Positions 51,165-63,726 of a stretch of DNA of 64,000 nucleotides are shown here, in pieces. Numbering within the stretch: position 1 is the first letter of the stretch; each line of letters opens with the position of its first letter. The stretch comes from Octopus bimaculoides (lineage: Eukaryota). The notes under the pieces were generated by a model that worked only from the letters and a program-made list of their open reading frames with translations, did not search any database and was not told where the DNA came from. The stretch lies in contig NC_068982.1 of assembly GCF_001194135.2 (NCBI RefSeq), positions 180,697,940 through 180,761,939 of the forward strand, read 5' to 3'. The translations under genes were made by a program, and so were the position numbers.

Positions 51165-52035
51165 TAAGGACATTGGTGTCAGTTACACACTTGGACACAA
51201 TGCGTTTCCAATTTTGTCTTGATTGCGCCATTGTTTTCCATGTTGATACAAATTATTTTACTAAATCCTCTTCCTATCGTTGCGGATGGAAGGGTGCGGG
51301 GCTTCCAAGTAGCCTTTTCAATCTCATAAATGCAATTCGGCAACTACGCAGGTCCAGCAGTTGCCTCTGAACCTTGCGACATTTCCGGCCTAGCAGAACT
51401 TGTGCTTTGGATACTCTAGGATCACATCCTTCACTCCGCTTCGTTTTCCTGTTATCTCATTTCTATTGCGCTCTCTTAGTAGTATTCCCAGCATGGATCT
51501 TTCTATGGCTCTTTACGTCGTAGCCAATCGATGGTCTATCCACTTCGTAGTAGCTCTCTTCCCATTTGCATATAAGAACGCAGACAGGACGGTACTATTG
51601 AAGAGATTGGGGCGTATGCCACTGTCTAGTTTTGTTTGGAGCATATGCTTTATTAACTGAGGTGTCTTGCTTCCTGCTCATATTATAATTTGAATCTTCG
51701 CATTCCATATCTCATCGCGTATTCAATAAGTGTCCTCAGTAAATTTTCGATTTCATCTCTTCCCACATCTATACGGCCTTGTGATACATCATACATGTAT
51801 TTTATTTTCATGTGTTTCATTTTAAGACCTACTGCTAAGCTCTGAGTATTCAGCTCTATTGGCATGGTCTACAGTTGGTCCGGTGTCAGCCATGAGCACA
51901 ATGTCATCTGTGAATCGGAACTGTGTCAGTTGCTCGCCATTGATGTCCACGCCACCTATCCAGTCGATGTCTTCGGTGACCATTTGTTGACAGAGCTTAG
52001 AGATGGTTGTCGCCTTGCTTCACACTCTTCTCGAT
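51165..52035 (-). mobile_element. RTE-clade (RTE-1-like) LINE, RT C-terminal half, decayed
   Basis: Minus strand GGVDINGEQLTQFRFTDDIVL (RTE RFADD motif), ..LFNSTVL..RAIERSMLG..RSGVKDVI... Confidence 0.85.
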
Positions 52036-53497
52036 TGGGACCATTACTGGTGGCGATAACAAATAAGAGAGAATACCCAGTACATGATGTTCAGCATACT
52101 TATATATTCAGATGATAAATTTGATCGTTACTTCTAGTGCCACGATTGTTCGACCAAACAGAATATTATGCTGCTGTCCACGACTCTACTACATTATGAG
52201 AACAACACTTAGTATGATATTCCCGCACTCTGTGATCTCCACCTTGCCAGGATTATATTCCTGCACCTCTTCAATATTACACTAAGAACTTAGCACTACA
52301 ACGCAATACATCAACGTCAAATCACCGTTATATCACAACAGTTATAAGAGCAAATCTTAGAATGTGTCAGTAGTAGACCGATTCACAACTAAACTACAAA
52401 TAATCTATATAATGATAAATAGGATTTGAAAACGAATTAAGTAACAAACAATTGTAGTGTAAAATAATTAAGATGATTAGAGTGTCAATAAATTAAAATA
52501 TTAATTAATTAGAACTTGAAATGCACTTTGTTGAAAAGAAACTATTTTTGCAGAACGAATAACGTAAAATTCAATGAATTATGTATCTTACCTTCTCACT
52601 CCTCATTTCTAGATTTTAAATAAAAACAAAATGATAATTAAAGATTGTTTTCATATTATTCACTTTAAAGTTCAGTAGAAACAAAAAGAGTGAATTGAAG
52701 AAAACTAATTTAATTATTCCAAAAATAATTATAGAAATTACGTAGAAAATAAATTACTATTGGAATACTGTGTACATAAATTCTCTCAGCTGATTTTTCA
52801 CCCCACCCAGCTGGTTTTAATTTTAATCAGTTGGATAATTTGTTGTTTTCAAGTTTCATGTTTTCTATTTTTCTCTTCTGTTCCTTGTTTGTTCGCTGTT
52901 GGTTTGTAGCGCAACATCTAAAATATATATTAAATAACCGATTCAATGGACCGATTCAATTTAACTCGTCAAATACAATCTAAAACCGAATTTCTGAAGA
53001 AAAATTGCACAAAAAAGTGATTAACACAGAATTCTGTTCCAGGCAGAATCGATTAGGTGTCTATAATACGTTTAAAAGATATTTACTTTGAAAATAAATT
53101 TAATAAAACATAATGAAATAATTTATTTTTTCATTAAATATTGCTGAGTAATATTTGTTTTCAGAAATATTTTTTAATATAAAGACAATTTGTTTTGATT
53201 TAATTTGATGGTTTCATTCTCGGAGCGAGATGTCAATTAAGTAGAAATTTGTGTTTGTTTTCATAGTAATTTTCGCATCATCTAAACAGAAATAAATTAT
53301 TGAACTAAAACACACTGGTATGTTTTTTATGTAAAAATCATATTCTGGTTTTAAAATTTATACTAGAAATGCACGCAATCTTAAGGCTTTCCTCTCAGCA
53401 TCTTACAACATCATCTTACTAACTCATATACATGTATATACATATGTATACATACATACATACATACATACATGCATACATATATACATATATATAT

Positions 53498-53549
<52 letters not shown>

Positions 53550-55361
53550 TATATATATATACATGTATATATATGCAAATGTATATACATTCTCTCTCTA
53601 TATATACACACACACACACACAAACACACACGTATGCGTGTGCGCACACGTGCGTGTCTGGATGTGGGTTTGCGATTGCGTGTGTTTGTGTGTGTAAGTT
53701 TTGGTGAGTGTGTATACTATTTAAAGTAAAATATAAGCACAATACCTTTTTATATTTCAGTCTTACGAAATTTTAATGAAGGAAGGTCTTCATATTCATT
53801 GGAGAAAATTTGGATGACTAGCAAGCCAAAAAATTAATAATATCTCTTTCGAATCTGATGAAGATATTTAAAATTGAAATAAAGATAGGCGAGAAAACAT
53901 TGAAAACAACAGCAAAAGTAGTATTTCTTTTATTGTGTACATCAGTCTGCACCAATTAAAATGAAATATTTCAATCCTTAACAATTCTACATATTATAAC
54001 GCACAGCACTATCCTAGTTTAAATGTAGCTCAAATTATGAGGCCGTGTATCTGTTACAAGAATGTGGTCAGTGTAATAGTTTTGTGAATTCTATACGTGG
54101 ATATCTTGAGTTGTATCTAAAATAATTCTGTGCCATTAATATTCGACTTCTTACTTCAATAGAACTGCTGCATGTCTTCCATCATTTCCCAAAGAAAGCT
54201 TTCTTATCGAAACATGTACTGTCCTACATCCATTATTTTCTCTCTTACTCACCCACTCTCACTTTTCTCACGTGCAGGAACTGTACTTAATAATTTGGCA
54301 AATACCTATCACAGCTTCACTTCCTGAGTCTCCTTACCTTCCCAAGAATTTAGTATTCACAATGACTGTTGTCCATCCGTCCCTTTCTTCTAATATTTAA
54401 TGATCTGAGGGATCATAGGTCCAATCGCATCTCTACAGACTGCTGAAATTATCTTACAATATCAACTGACATCCGTCTGATGTTTATTATAAAGACTGAT
54501 GTTCGATATTCATTGAACTAGGTTGATTTCTGTCGCAGAAATGCTTAGATCGTGAACAAAACACGAGGATAAAACGAATTCTAATCAAAGAGACTAATTG
54601 GTAAGATGTTCTCATATCTTCAGTTAAATCCATATAATTAAATTTGCATTTCTTTATTCCAATCAATAACATCAGTGCAGACGGAATAGTTTTCAGTTTG
54701 TTTATTCATGAAATTCTATAGCCATTATTCCTTATAATTACAGAGGTTATGTTTTGGTAAGCTTTGCAGTACATGATATAAAACTTGTCAATTTATAAGA
54801 TGTGTGTTTAGACAGTAAAATCTCTCACTAAGCCTTCACTGTCTTATAATGGTAATTATTTGAATATATTAAACTCTAGAATTTGTTTTACATTTCGTTT
54901 TACTCTATGAACTAATCATATTCCTTCTATTGACTATATTCATTTGGAAACATTTTGTACTTTGATACTAAAGTTGCAAGAACGTATTCTTGTTATTTTG
55001 TTTTATTGCTATTCCTAATGGCAGGAGAATTACTGCTGATTATTGTTCACTTAAAATTTATTTCACGTCAGAGAAAGATATAATTTTTCCGTTAAAATTT
55101 TTCTGGTGCAGTTTAATTTATTCATTTAAGCGCGAAGAGTACGGTGTGATTTTAGCTACCGGTCAATTTCTTGTACACCAAATGGAAGAAGGTATTTTCA
55201 ATGATCATCTCCGAATATACCGAAAATATGAAATATTTTCATTACAGTGTAATATATATAGTCAATAAAAAAAACACACATACAGAGAAAAAGAAAAAAA
55301 ACAAACAAACAAACGTTTGGATGTAGTCCGAGCAATTTGCTAATAAGATGCTCAGACACAC

Positions 55362-55404
<43 letters not shown>

Positions 55405-55618
55405 NNNNNNNNNNNNNNNNNNNNNNNNNNNNNNNNNNNNNNNNNNNNNNNNNNNNNNNNNNNNNNNNNNNNNNNNNNNNNNNNNNNNNNNNNNNNNNNN
55501 NNNNNNNNNNNNNNNNNNNNNNNNNNNNNNNNNNNNNNNNNNNNNNNNNNNNNNNNNNNNNNNNNNNNNNNNNNNNNNNNNNNNNNNNNNNNNNNNNNNN
55601 NNNNNNNNNNNNNNNNNN

Positions 55619-55668
<50 letters not shown>
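55619..55668. repeat. (GA)n microsatellite at a gap edge
   Basis: Direct inspection. Confidence 0.95.
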
Positions 55669-55671
<3 letters not shown>

Positions 55672-55968
55672 GTGTGTAGGGATGGAATATCTCGTCGTAC
55701 TGAAGATAAAAGGATGCATGAAACAAGACTGAGAGATGTGTTGTGAAGCAAAATATATATGAGTCCATGAAGAAGATATTGCTAGATAACATTCGATGAA
55801 AAGTAGAGAGATATCAGGTTGAGTAAAAGGTAAGCAACGTTTTGAACCACGAAAAATTTGTACGGGATTTTTGCAGAGATTTGGATTTTTTTAAAAATAT
55901 TTTATTTTTGCAATTGTCTGATAATACAGATAGAGACTTGCCCAAATGCATCAATAAATTAACATTGA

Positions 55969-56088
55969 TCAGCTCGAAAATGCTTTCAGCGATTTCTCTG
56001 TGGAGCCCTGGGCCTTGAAGATCGTTAGCGTAGTGGACGCCCATCTGTCATCGATGGAGGCCAAGTAAAGACTGTCATTCGTCTTCTT
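55969..56088 (-). other. Candidate terminal coding exon of an unidentified host gene
   Basis: CTAAC branch-like motif (56115-56119), TTCCAG acceptor (AG at 56089-56090) and locally higher GC. Phase 0 gives KKTNDSLYLASIDDRW..AFSS*; phase 2 gives RRRRMTVFTWPPSMTDGRPLR*. Confidence 0.3.
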
Positions 56089-56431
56089 CTGGAACGTCCA
56101 GAAAATTTTACAGTGTTAGAATATTTAAATATGACTGTTGTCTGGTGCTATAGTTTTGACTTTGTTAATACTGATAACGTTTGAAACGGAGCTTTCTTAA
56201 TATGTTTTACAACATTTCGTTTCTAAACATGGGTTTAGTTGGTATTTTAAGCCTTTTGCCCATTCGTAAACCTCGTTCGTTAGTTCAGGTGAAAATAAAG
56301 CAAATTTCTTCTATATAATCCAGAACCCTTAGTATTGCACAAAGAACATTGTTAATGTTCCATAGAACTCTACGCATCAAAGGATCAGATACGAACTTAT
56401 TAATGAGATAATAAGCTACAAATAATCTTAC

Positions 56432-56545
56432 CTGTTGTAGGTGTTGTTCCTGCCGACGTAGCTGTCGTCATCGTCATTGCTTTCCTCAGAGTTAGTCTTG
56501 AGTGAGTTGGTGTATGATCGAACACTTTTTCGGCTTTGAAATTTT
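56432..56545 (-). other. Candidate internal exon of an unidentified host gene
   Basis: Strong donor ACAG|GTAAGA (GT at 56430-56431). Possible acceptors at 56546, 56570 and 56601. Open frame KFQSRKSVRSYTNSLKTNSEESNDDDDSYVGRNNTYN; alternative frame ..MTMTTATSAGTTPTT. Confidence 0.35.
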
Positions 56546-58599
56546 CTTTTGAAGAGCACACGATTTTAGCTTAAGAAATTATGCTACTATTTAGCATGAC
56601 CTGCAACAAGGTATGTTTTTCTTGTTGCTACTGCTTCCTCATATCATCGGATTATCAGTTAATGAAAGGAAACACATCAATGAGATAACATTTCCACAGA
56701 CAATTTGAACCCACAACCAATGCGTTATGCATCATGTAACTTAAATCCTGATGCTTGGCTTTACATTCTCCCTCAACAATATTCACTAATATTCAAGAAA
56801 AATATTTTTATATTTCGATTTTCATTATTGCAAGAGATGAAGAACAGCTGTTTCATTCTAGACAATGCCTGTCAATTTTTAATATTACCTGTCAACAACA
56901 CACAAAATGTTTTGTTACGACGTCTTGTTTCATTCTGAAATTATCAAACCTATGGAGCAATTTGTTCCATACACTGATTAAAGAACAGCACAATTCTAGA
57001 AGTCTACCATAAAAAAGACTACCGGCAGGAAATTATCAGTCAGACTTCACGTAATTTCGTCTATGCAAATTTGATATGTCTTTTCAGTCTGTTGGCTTGA
57101 TATACTGATAATCGATTGACAAATCAATTATTGATTTTAGATTCTGTATATCGTAAATATAGTTTCGACCGGTCTTCGATAATAAGTCACTGGTATCAAG
57201 TAAAACTATTTGATTAGCTTCGTTTTTTTACGGGTGAGAAAATTCTGGCTTCACATTTGATGTTGGCGTGAATTGCCACGCCTCATGCTTCTTTCTGTGA
57301 AAAGTATCCCTGAAGTGAACATTACTATGATCGAACAAAGTTTGTTTCATCGATGATTTTTAAATGATTTATAATAGTAGATTGATTTATTTTTCTTTCT
57401 ATGCCTAACCCTTAATCTTGATCGATCTTTACCCATCTGAAAAGAATAAATAGTTTACATTGACCAACAGAATCCATACGAAATAATATTTCTATTCAGT
57501 TGTTGATAATGAGAATCACCTAAGGTTACAGCCCTTAAAGCTGATGCAAATTTTTCTTGCTGCGAGCTTCATCGCTCTGAAGTGGAATTTCTTAGCACAC
57601 TGTGTTCTGCTGGTGTTACAATAAAACATCTACACTGCTGTGTTTGCTAATTGTTTGTTTTAACAAAGAATACTTTGTAGGAACAATTTCAACACAACAC
57701 GACTTAGCGTTTAACAGTGTTCCTTGGCATGTTGTGTTCAACCAAACGTTTTGTAGTTAACAACATTAGATGACTGGGCATATTTTTGAAGAGTTTCCTT
57801 TTGTCACCAAATTGTATAATGGTTATAATTCTTGAGTACATTCTGAGGAGCTAACCCAACAGACTGGAGCACAATATTAGTCTAATGTTCTACCCCTCTA
57901 AAGTGAGTGCAAGTTTTTGAGAGACTATACTAGGCCTCTAAATCCCTGGTAGGTTAGTCACTAGTTACTATCATGTACTTTAATTTTGTTTTCCTTTTCT
58001 CTACTAAATGATCTTCCTCAGTTTTTATCTCTGTCTAATTCTCAAGAAATACAGCGATTATTTTCAGACAAAACGAATTATCTGCCATTTTAATCTGTGT
58101 CAGCCACTCATAATATTATCTGTCGGTGACACACCAACAATTTCTAAACACACCCTTTATATATCACACTCTTTACCTTCGGTGAAGAGTCCGATTTTTT
58201 TTTTAGTCAATTCAGCACACGTTCAGTGTATAAGCAACCTTGGATCCCAAACAATCTTACCGTTTAACCCAGTAGAATAGTCTAAATACGTTCTGCTGTA
58301 TAATTTTGCAGCTGTTATGTGAGTAAATTAGTTTCTTCTAAGTGGTCTTTTTCTCAGTTGTTCACAGTCTAACCGCGGAGAAAACAGTGCTTATGACAAA
58401 ATTAATCGTTTATATTTAAACGTGTTACCGAACATTTTACGGATTATACCACTCAACTTCAATAATTCTTAAGAAATTTTGATACTCTTCTCTTTATTTA
58501 CTGTTATATTATGGAGGCTTGAACCTTCCCATCTGATCCTGCTTAATGTTAACCTAATACAATCAACAACAAAAACAGTCTACATTCAACCGTGAGCAA

Positions 58600-58900
58600 T
58601 CATAACCATAACTTCCTTGTGTTTTCGACTGACACCGTATTTTATACGACCACAAGAAATATGTTTTCATGTAACAATAGGGGACTTGCTCTTCTACTTC
58701 ATGCACTCAAACATTCAGACCTTCCCAGAGTGCCATTTTGTTGCCGATGACATCAGTAAAGATGAATCATCTGGCAAAAGAACCTCTCAGATACACTACC
58801 TACTCAAAGTCTCTATTCGTCTGGTCTGCAGACAATCAAGCTTTCTTTTAGGCAACTCTATTGAAATCTGTTTAATAGGAATTACTACAAAAGTTATTCT
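58600..58900 (+). mobile_element. Possible ancient LINE RT remnant
   Basis: LFYFMHSNIQTFPECHFVADD resembles LFINDL..IHxYADD, followed by ..WSADNQ... Weak. Confidence 0.25.
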
Positions 58901-61900
58901 ACCAATTCTAGTGCACTGCATATTTTTGCCTTTATTTCTCAGAACTACCAGCTCTCCTTATTAAGTACCTTCTATTGTTATTGTTATTTACAACAACGTA
59001 CATACGTTCACACCACCTATATACATAGAAAAATATTCCTATGCAGATAACTGTACCCCTACGTACAAAGTTGCGCACACATTTTTGTTTTCCAATTCAC
59101 ATAATATTGCGCCTTCAAATTATATGGCATCGTAATTAATTTATATCTCATTTCCAGGTTTGAAAAATAATTCAGGCTTCTGAATCCCGAAACATTCTGA
59201 TTATAATTCACATCTGACCACCACTTACATATTTGGGATAACATTATTATGAAAAAGAAATACCCTACACTACGTAAAAAAGTAAATTACCCGCTTTAAC
59301 CTCAACTCTACACGTCAGATACGCTCTTCAAAACTATCCTAGTATATAACAATCTCGTAAAAAAGAAAACGAAAGTCATTCGAAAGTATGTGAGGCCTAA
59401 GTAGCTGTTAATCGAGAGGGACATTTAAATATTGATACCTCTCTGCGTGATAAATTGGCAGTTGTTTCCATTGGTTAATCTCGTATAATATATACAATTA
59501 ATGTGAAACGAATATGTTACATCAGAATTATTTCATCAATAATATTACATTGTATCTGTATCCGTATGCATATGATGTAAATATTTCAATAGAATATATG
59601 CGTTCATACAGAAGCATTTTTCCACATCAACATCAGACGAAATATTCATGATTTACTCATAGAATGAGGTTTATAAAATAGTAGTATAAATGCAAAGAGA
59701 ATTATATAACATTTAAAGCTATCAGTAAAACCCATTAATATTTAGTTGATGGAGAAAACACTGTATTTTTTCAGTCATATCTTGAATTATATAAACCTTG
59801 CAAACACTTCTGAATTCTGGCAAAATCTCAGATACTGTGCTAGGTCTAAGGTGTTTTCTTTATAAGTTGTGAGTAATTATTTCTGATATTTTTGTCAGTT
59901 TTAAATTTGATTTCTGCTCAAAACTTTGTCATGCGGTTGCAGTAAGCATATACCACAACAATAATTTCAGCAGAGTTTTAATATATTGAAGGATTATAAC
60001 TAGGAACTGATTAAATAAGAATTCATTTGACATTAGTAACCGTATACTGTTGCAATAAATGGAGAGAAACCGCCTACATTTACAACATACATTCCGTAAA
60101 GAAATTAATCATACTGAAGTCGTCTAAAAAGGTAAAGCTCTCATCTTACTACTCTGAAAGAGTTGAAGTATCGAGGCTATTAAAATACACTTACTCGACA
60201 ACTTCATATTATGCATATCATATTATATCATAACTTTACATATTGGAGTAAACACGCAGTTATTATTGAGGAAAACTACTTACAGAAAGCACTAGTGCAA
60301 GGAAATCGGATAAATCGATGATCACAAACAATTGCTACCATATGTTGTGTATACATTTATGTGTATTTTCTGGTGAAAGAACTGGCAGGCTTAGCAGTCA
60401 TAATTTATATACAATGAATTATTAATTTATTTCGTTGAGGCGTCTCTAAGAATAGCTTAGATTTTGCTATGCATTATGTGTGAGGAGAGAGAGAGAGACC
60501 ATCTCTGAAATGGAAAGTGGGTAATGTATACAACATTAATATTATATCTAGCCACTGCATTGAACTAACTTCTCTTCACAGTACTTAGAGATTGATACAT
60601 ATCCTGATAGTTGAGCAATTCGGTAGTGTACAATGTCGGAACGGTATGGTGATATACACGAGAGTAGTTTAATACTATGAAAAAAGAACCTTGCTGACAT
60701 GAAGCAGCAATCAATATGTTGATAAAAAAAAACTTCACTTGTGATATAGTTTAATTATAAATAATTTAGTGGTCGTGTTTTCGTAAAAACATAACAAAAA
60801 TAAAACAAAAAAAGAAAATACGAGAATTTAACGCTATAATACAATTTTGCTAAGAGCGACAGATATGTTAATAGTTTCAATGGGTCATTTACTTTTGCTT
60901 TCATTTTTAATTTCCTTTTGTATCTTTATTCTCAGCATTTAAACATCTTTCATAATAATTTCTATTGTCTATAAATATTGGTCATATTTAATGTTTGTAG
61001 AATTCGGTGCGTATTTAAATTACATACGAATATTGATACCACATATAACTCATATAACACATATAACACATATAACTCATACATGTAAACCAAACACATA
61101 CTAAGTTTTTTTTCACTTAAATACACGAGTTGACGGTGAAGATGAATCTTTGACATATATGGATTTTTCAATAGCACAAAGGTGACATTACGTAAGTGCA
61201 CAGCTATATACTTGAAAAGTAACTGGATGAGAATATGCAGCATTTAAGCTATCTGAAATAGATGAGAAAGTCTTTGAATATTAAACATATCCTTTATTAT
61301 CCAAACATCAAAGTGCTTCATACTGAGGTTCAAATATTAGCGAATCGTGAGAATGTAAATTTTCCACTGTAGAGCTGTTAATAAAAATAAAACTACTTCA
61401 ATATGATAAATCGTCATGTTCAAGGCGAACTGCAAAATTCCAAATGATGACATACATATTCATATTTAATTGGTTCCAGCAGATTAAAACATGAATATGC
61501 TAATCGCTGTTGTATTTCGTTTCTGGCAAACAAATTCTTTCAGACGAATGCGTGGAATTATTATCGGTTTCAGAAATCAGCATGCATCAGCAAATAATTT
61601 GTTTGCTGAATTTATAAACAACAGCCAAAGACTCTTGCTGGATTCATTAGTTCGAGGAAGGTGTGCATAAGGAAACACATGAAGGTCGTGATACCGACTG
61701 TTCTAAAGTATCCTCACCTGAATGATATTTATGACCGAACATTCCTCTTAAAGAACAAGTTGTTCTCAACAGCGATTGTGATAGAAACTGCCGGAACAAA
61801 TCAAGAATGAAAATGTATACCATCGTACTAAAATATCATAAAAGGAATTGTCACTGCATATTATATATCACGTGATGGTCGTTGCTGAGCTTTAATCCTA

Positions 61901-62060
61901 AATTTTTCCTTGCGAAAACATGTCTATCATCAAAACCGTTTAGATTTTGACCATACGCTATTTTCCCAGACATTTTATTTACCAGTGTATTATCCACTCT
62001 TTATTATCCCTTTTAAGATAATTTTGGATATTTTTTATTTTAATAATAGTTACAGTGAGT

Positions 62061-62499
62061 CGTCATTTTCGGCAAAATTCTGTCTTTCATGAGATCAGCT
62101 TTGTTGGGTTTTGGAGTGGGTGTAAATTTCAATCCATTTTCCCAAGAGTTTAATTTCTTCTCTAGATAATTTCGGTTTCCTTATGTGTTTGTTTTCTAAT
62201 GTGTCGTGAAGGATGGGGTTACTTTTTCATTTTCTGGTTTTTTTTTTGGCGGTAGATCTCAAGCCTTAAAAAATTGTCTCCAATAGAGTTGGGAGTGTTT
62301 ATGTGGGAATTTTATAGTTTTCTGTTTGTAAGGATTTAAGGTTGGTTAGTCATGGGTAAGTATGTTCTTGGTTGTTGCCTCAATAGAAATTGTCTAAAGA
62401 AATTAAACTTCTGGAAAATGGATTGAAGTTTACACCCACTCCAAAACCCAACCAAGTTGAACTCATAAGAGCCACAGAAGAATCTTGCCGAAAATTACA
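62061..62499. mobile_element. Inverted duplication of a Penelope-like ORF N-terminal segment
   Basis: Arms 62061-62173 and 62386-62499 are diverged reverse complements. The plus arm reads LSKEIKLLENGLKFTPTPKPNQVELIRATEESCRKL, like the PLE N-terminal L.KGLxFxPTP motif. Confidence 0.65.
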
Positions 62500-62567
62500 A
62501 TTCATTGTAAACATTATTATTAAAATAAAAATTATCCTCCAAAAAGCCATCTTCGCTCATTTTTTCA

Positions 62568-62619
<52 letters not shown>
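62568..62619. repeat. (TATC)n microsatellite
   Basis: Direct inspection. Confidence 0.95.
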
Positions 62620-62620
<1 letters not shown>

Positions 62621-62790
62621 CTGCTGTTTAAGGATTCCTACAATGGTTTGATTAATAATGAATGATTCCTATTTTGAAATACACCACAAAGAGCGCAGAA
62701 GATCGGATTTCAGATAAAATCAGTGAGTTGCAAAACTTCACTGGGAATCGAACTTTCTGAAGTATGTGGAGACACTATCAAAAAGAAACA

Positions 62791-62946
62791 ACCACCTTTA
62801 CTCTCTTTCTCTCTCTCTGTTTATTTCTATGTGTTCCTTTCTGTTGACGAGCGTAGGCTTGAAACGTAAAAAACTTTCTCATTTTCCCTAACTAATACAC
62901 GTGCATGTTGTTTATACACCCACCTACGTCTTTAGTTTTTCTGTAA

Positions 62947-62951
<5 letters not shown>
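62791..62951 (+). mobile_element. Short dispersed repeat, family 2, copy 2 (hammerhead-like motif)
   Basis: Homologous to 1590-1741. Confidence 0.75.
62837..62871 (+). ncRNA. Minimal hammerhead-like motif with A6U core (family 2)
   Basis: CTTT-CTGTTGA(62841-47)-C-GAGC[GTAG]GCTT-GAAA(62861-64)-CG-TA-AAA. Same architecture as family 1. Confidence 0.45.
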
Positions 62952-62981
<30 letters not shown>

Positions 62982-63681
62982 NNNNNNNNNNNNNNNNNNN
63001 NNNNNNNNNNNNNNNNNNNNNNNNNNNNNNNNNNNNNNNNNNNNNNNNNNNNNNNNNNNNNNNNNNNNNNNNNNNNNNNNNNNNNNNNNNNNNNNNNNNN
63101 NNNNNNNNNNNNNNNNNNNNNNNNNNNNNNNNNNNNNNNNNNNNNNNNNNNNNNNNNNNNNNNNNNNNNNNNNNNNNNNNNNNNNNNNNNNNNNNNNNNN
63201 NNNNNNNNNNNNNNNNNNNNNNNNNNNNNNNNNNNNNNNNNNNNNNNNNNNNNNNNNNNNNNNNNNNNNNNNNNNNNNNNNNNNNNNNNNNNNNNNNNNN
63301 NNNNNNNNNNNNNNNNNNNNNNNNNNNNNNNNNNNNNNNNNNNNNNNNNNNNNNNNNNNNNNNNNNNNNNNNNNNNNNNNNNNNNNNNNNNNNNNNNNNN
63401 NNNNNNNNNNNNNNNNNNNNNNNNNNNNNNNNNNNNNNNNNNNNNNNNNNNNNNNNNNNNNNNNNNNNNNNNNNNNNNNNNNNNNNNNNNNNNNNNNNNN
63501 NNNNNNNNNNNNNNNNNNNNNNNNNNNNNNNNNNNNNNNNNNNNNNNNNNNNNNNNNNNNNNNNNNNNNNNNNNNNNNNNNNNNNNNNNNNNNNNNNNNN
63601 NNNNNNNNNNNNNNNNNNNNNNNNNNNNNNNNNNNNNNNNNNNNNNNNNNNNNNNTATAAATATACAAGGTCAGCAGCTGT

Positions 63682-63726
63682 CGGACGCCGACGAAGGGAA
63701 ATAACCCTGAAATCCGGATACGTTCG
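63682..63726 (+). ncRNA. Minimal type I hammerhead motif (family 3), structurally complete, U4C core variant
   Basis: Stem I CGGACG(63682-87)/CGTTCG(63721-26), 6 bp with one G-U. Core CCGACGA(63688-94). Stem II AGGG[AAATAA]CCCT. GAA(63709-11). Stem III region ATCCGGAT(63712-19), a perfect palindrome. Predicted cleavage after A63720. Confidence 0.7.

Noticed and set aside
52570-52615. 17-nt micro-exon candidate (CTAG|AAATGAGGAGTGAGAAG|GTAAGA, minus strand)
   Set aside because: Not frame-preserving and supported by motifs only.
53850-53887. CTGATGA..GAAA hammerhead-like match
   Set aside because: Stem II is only 3 weak pairs, there is no room for stem III, and stem I does not pair. Likely chance in AT-rich DNA.
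61725-61840. Exon candidate ending CAG|GTGAGG (minus strand)
   Set aside because: Two competing acceptors, an unremarkable peptide and no independent support.
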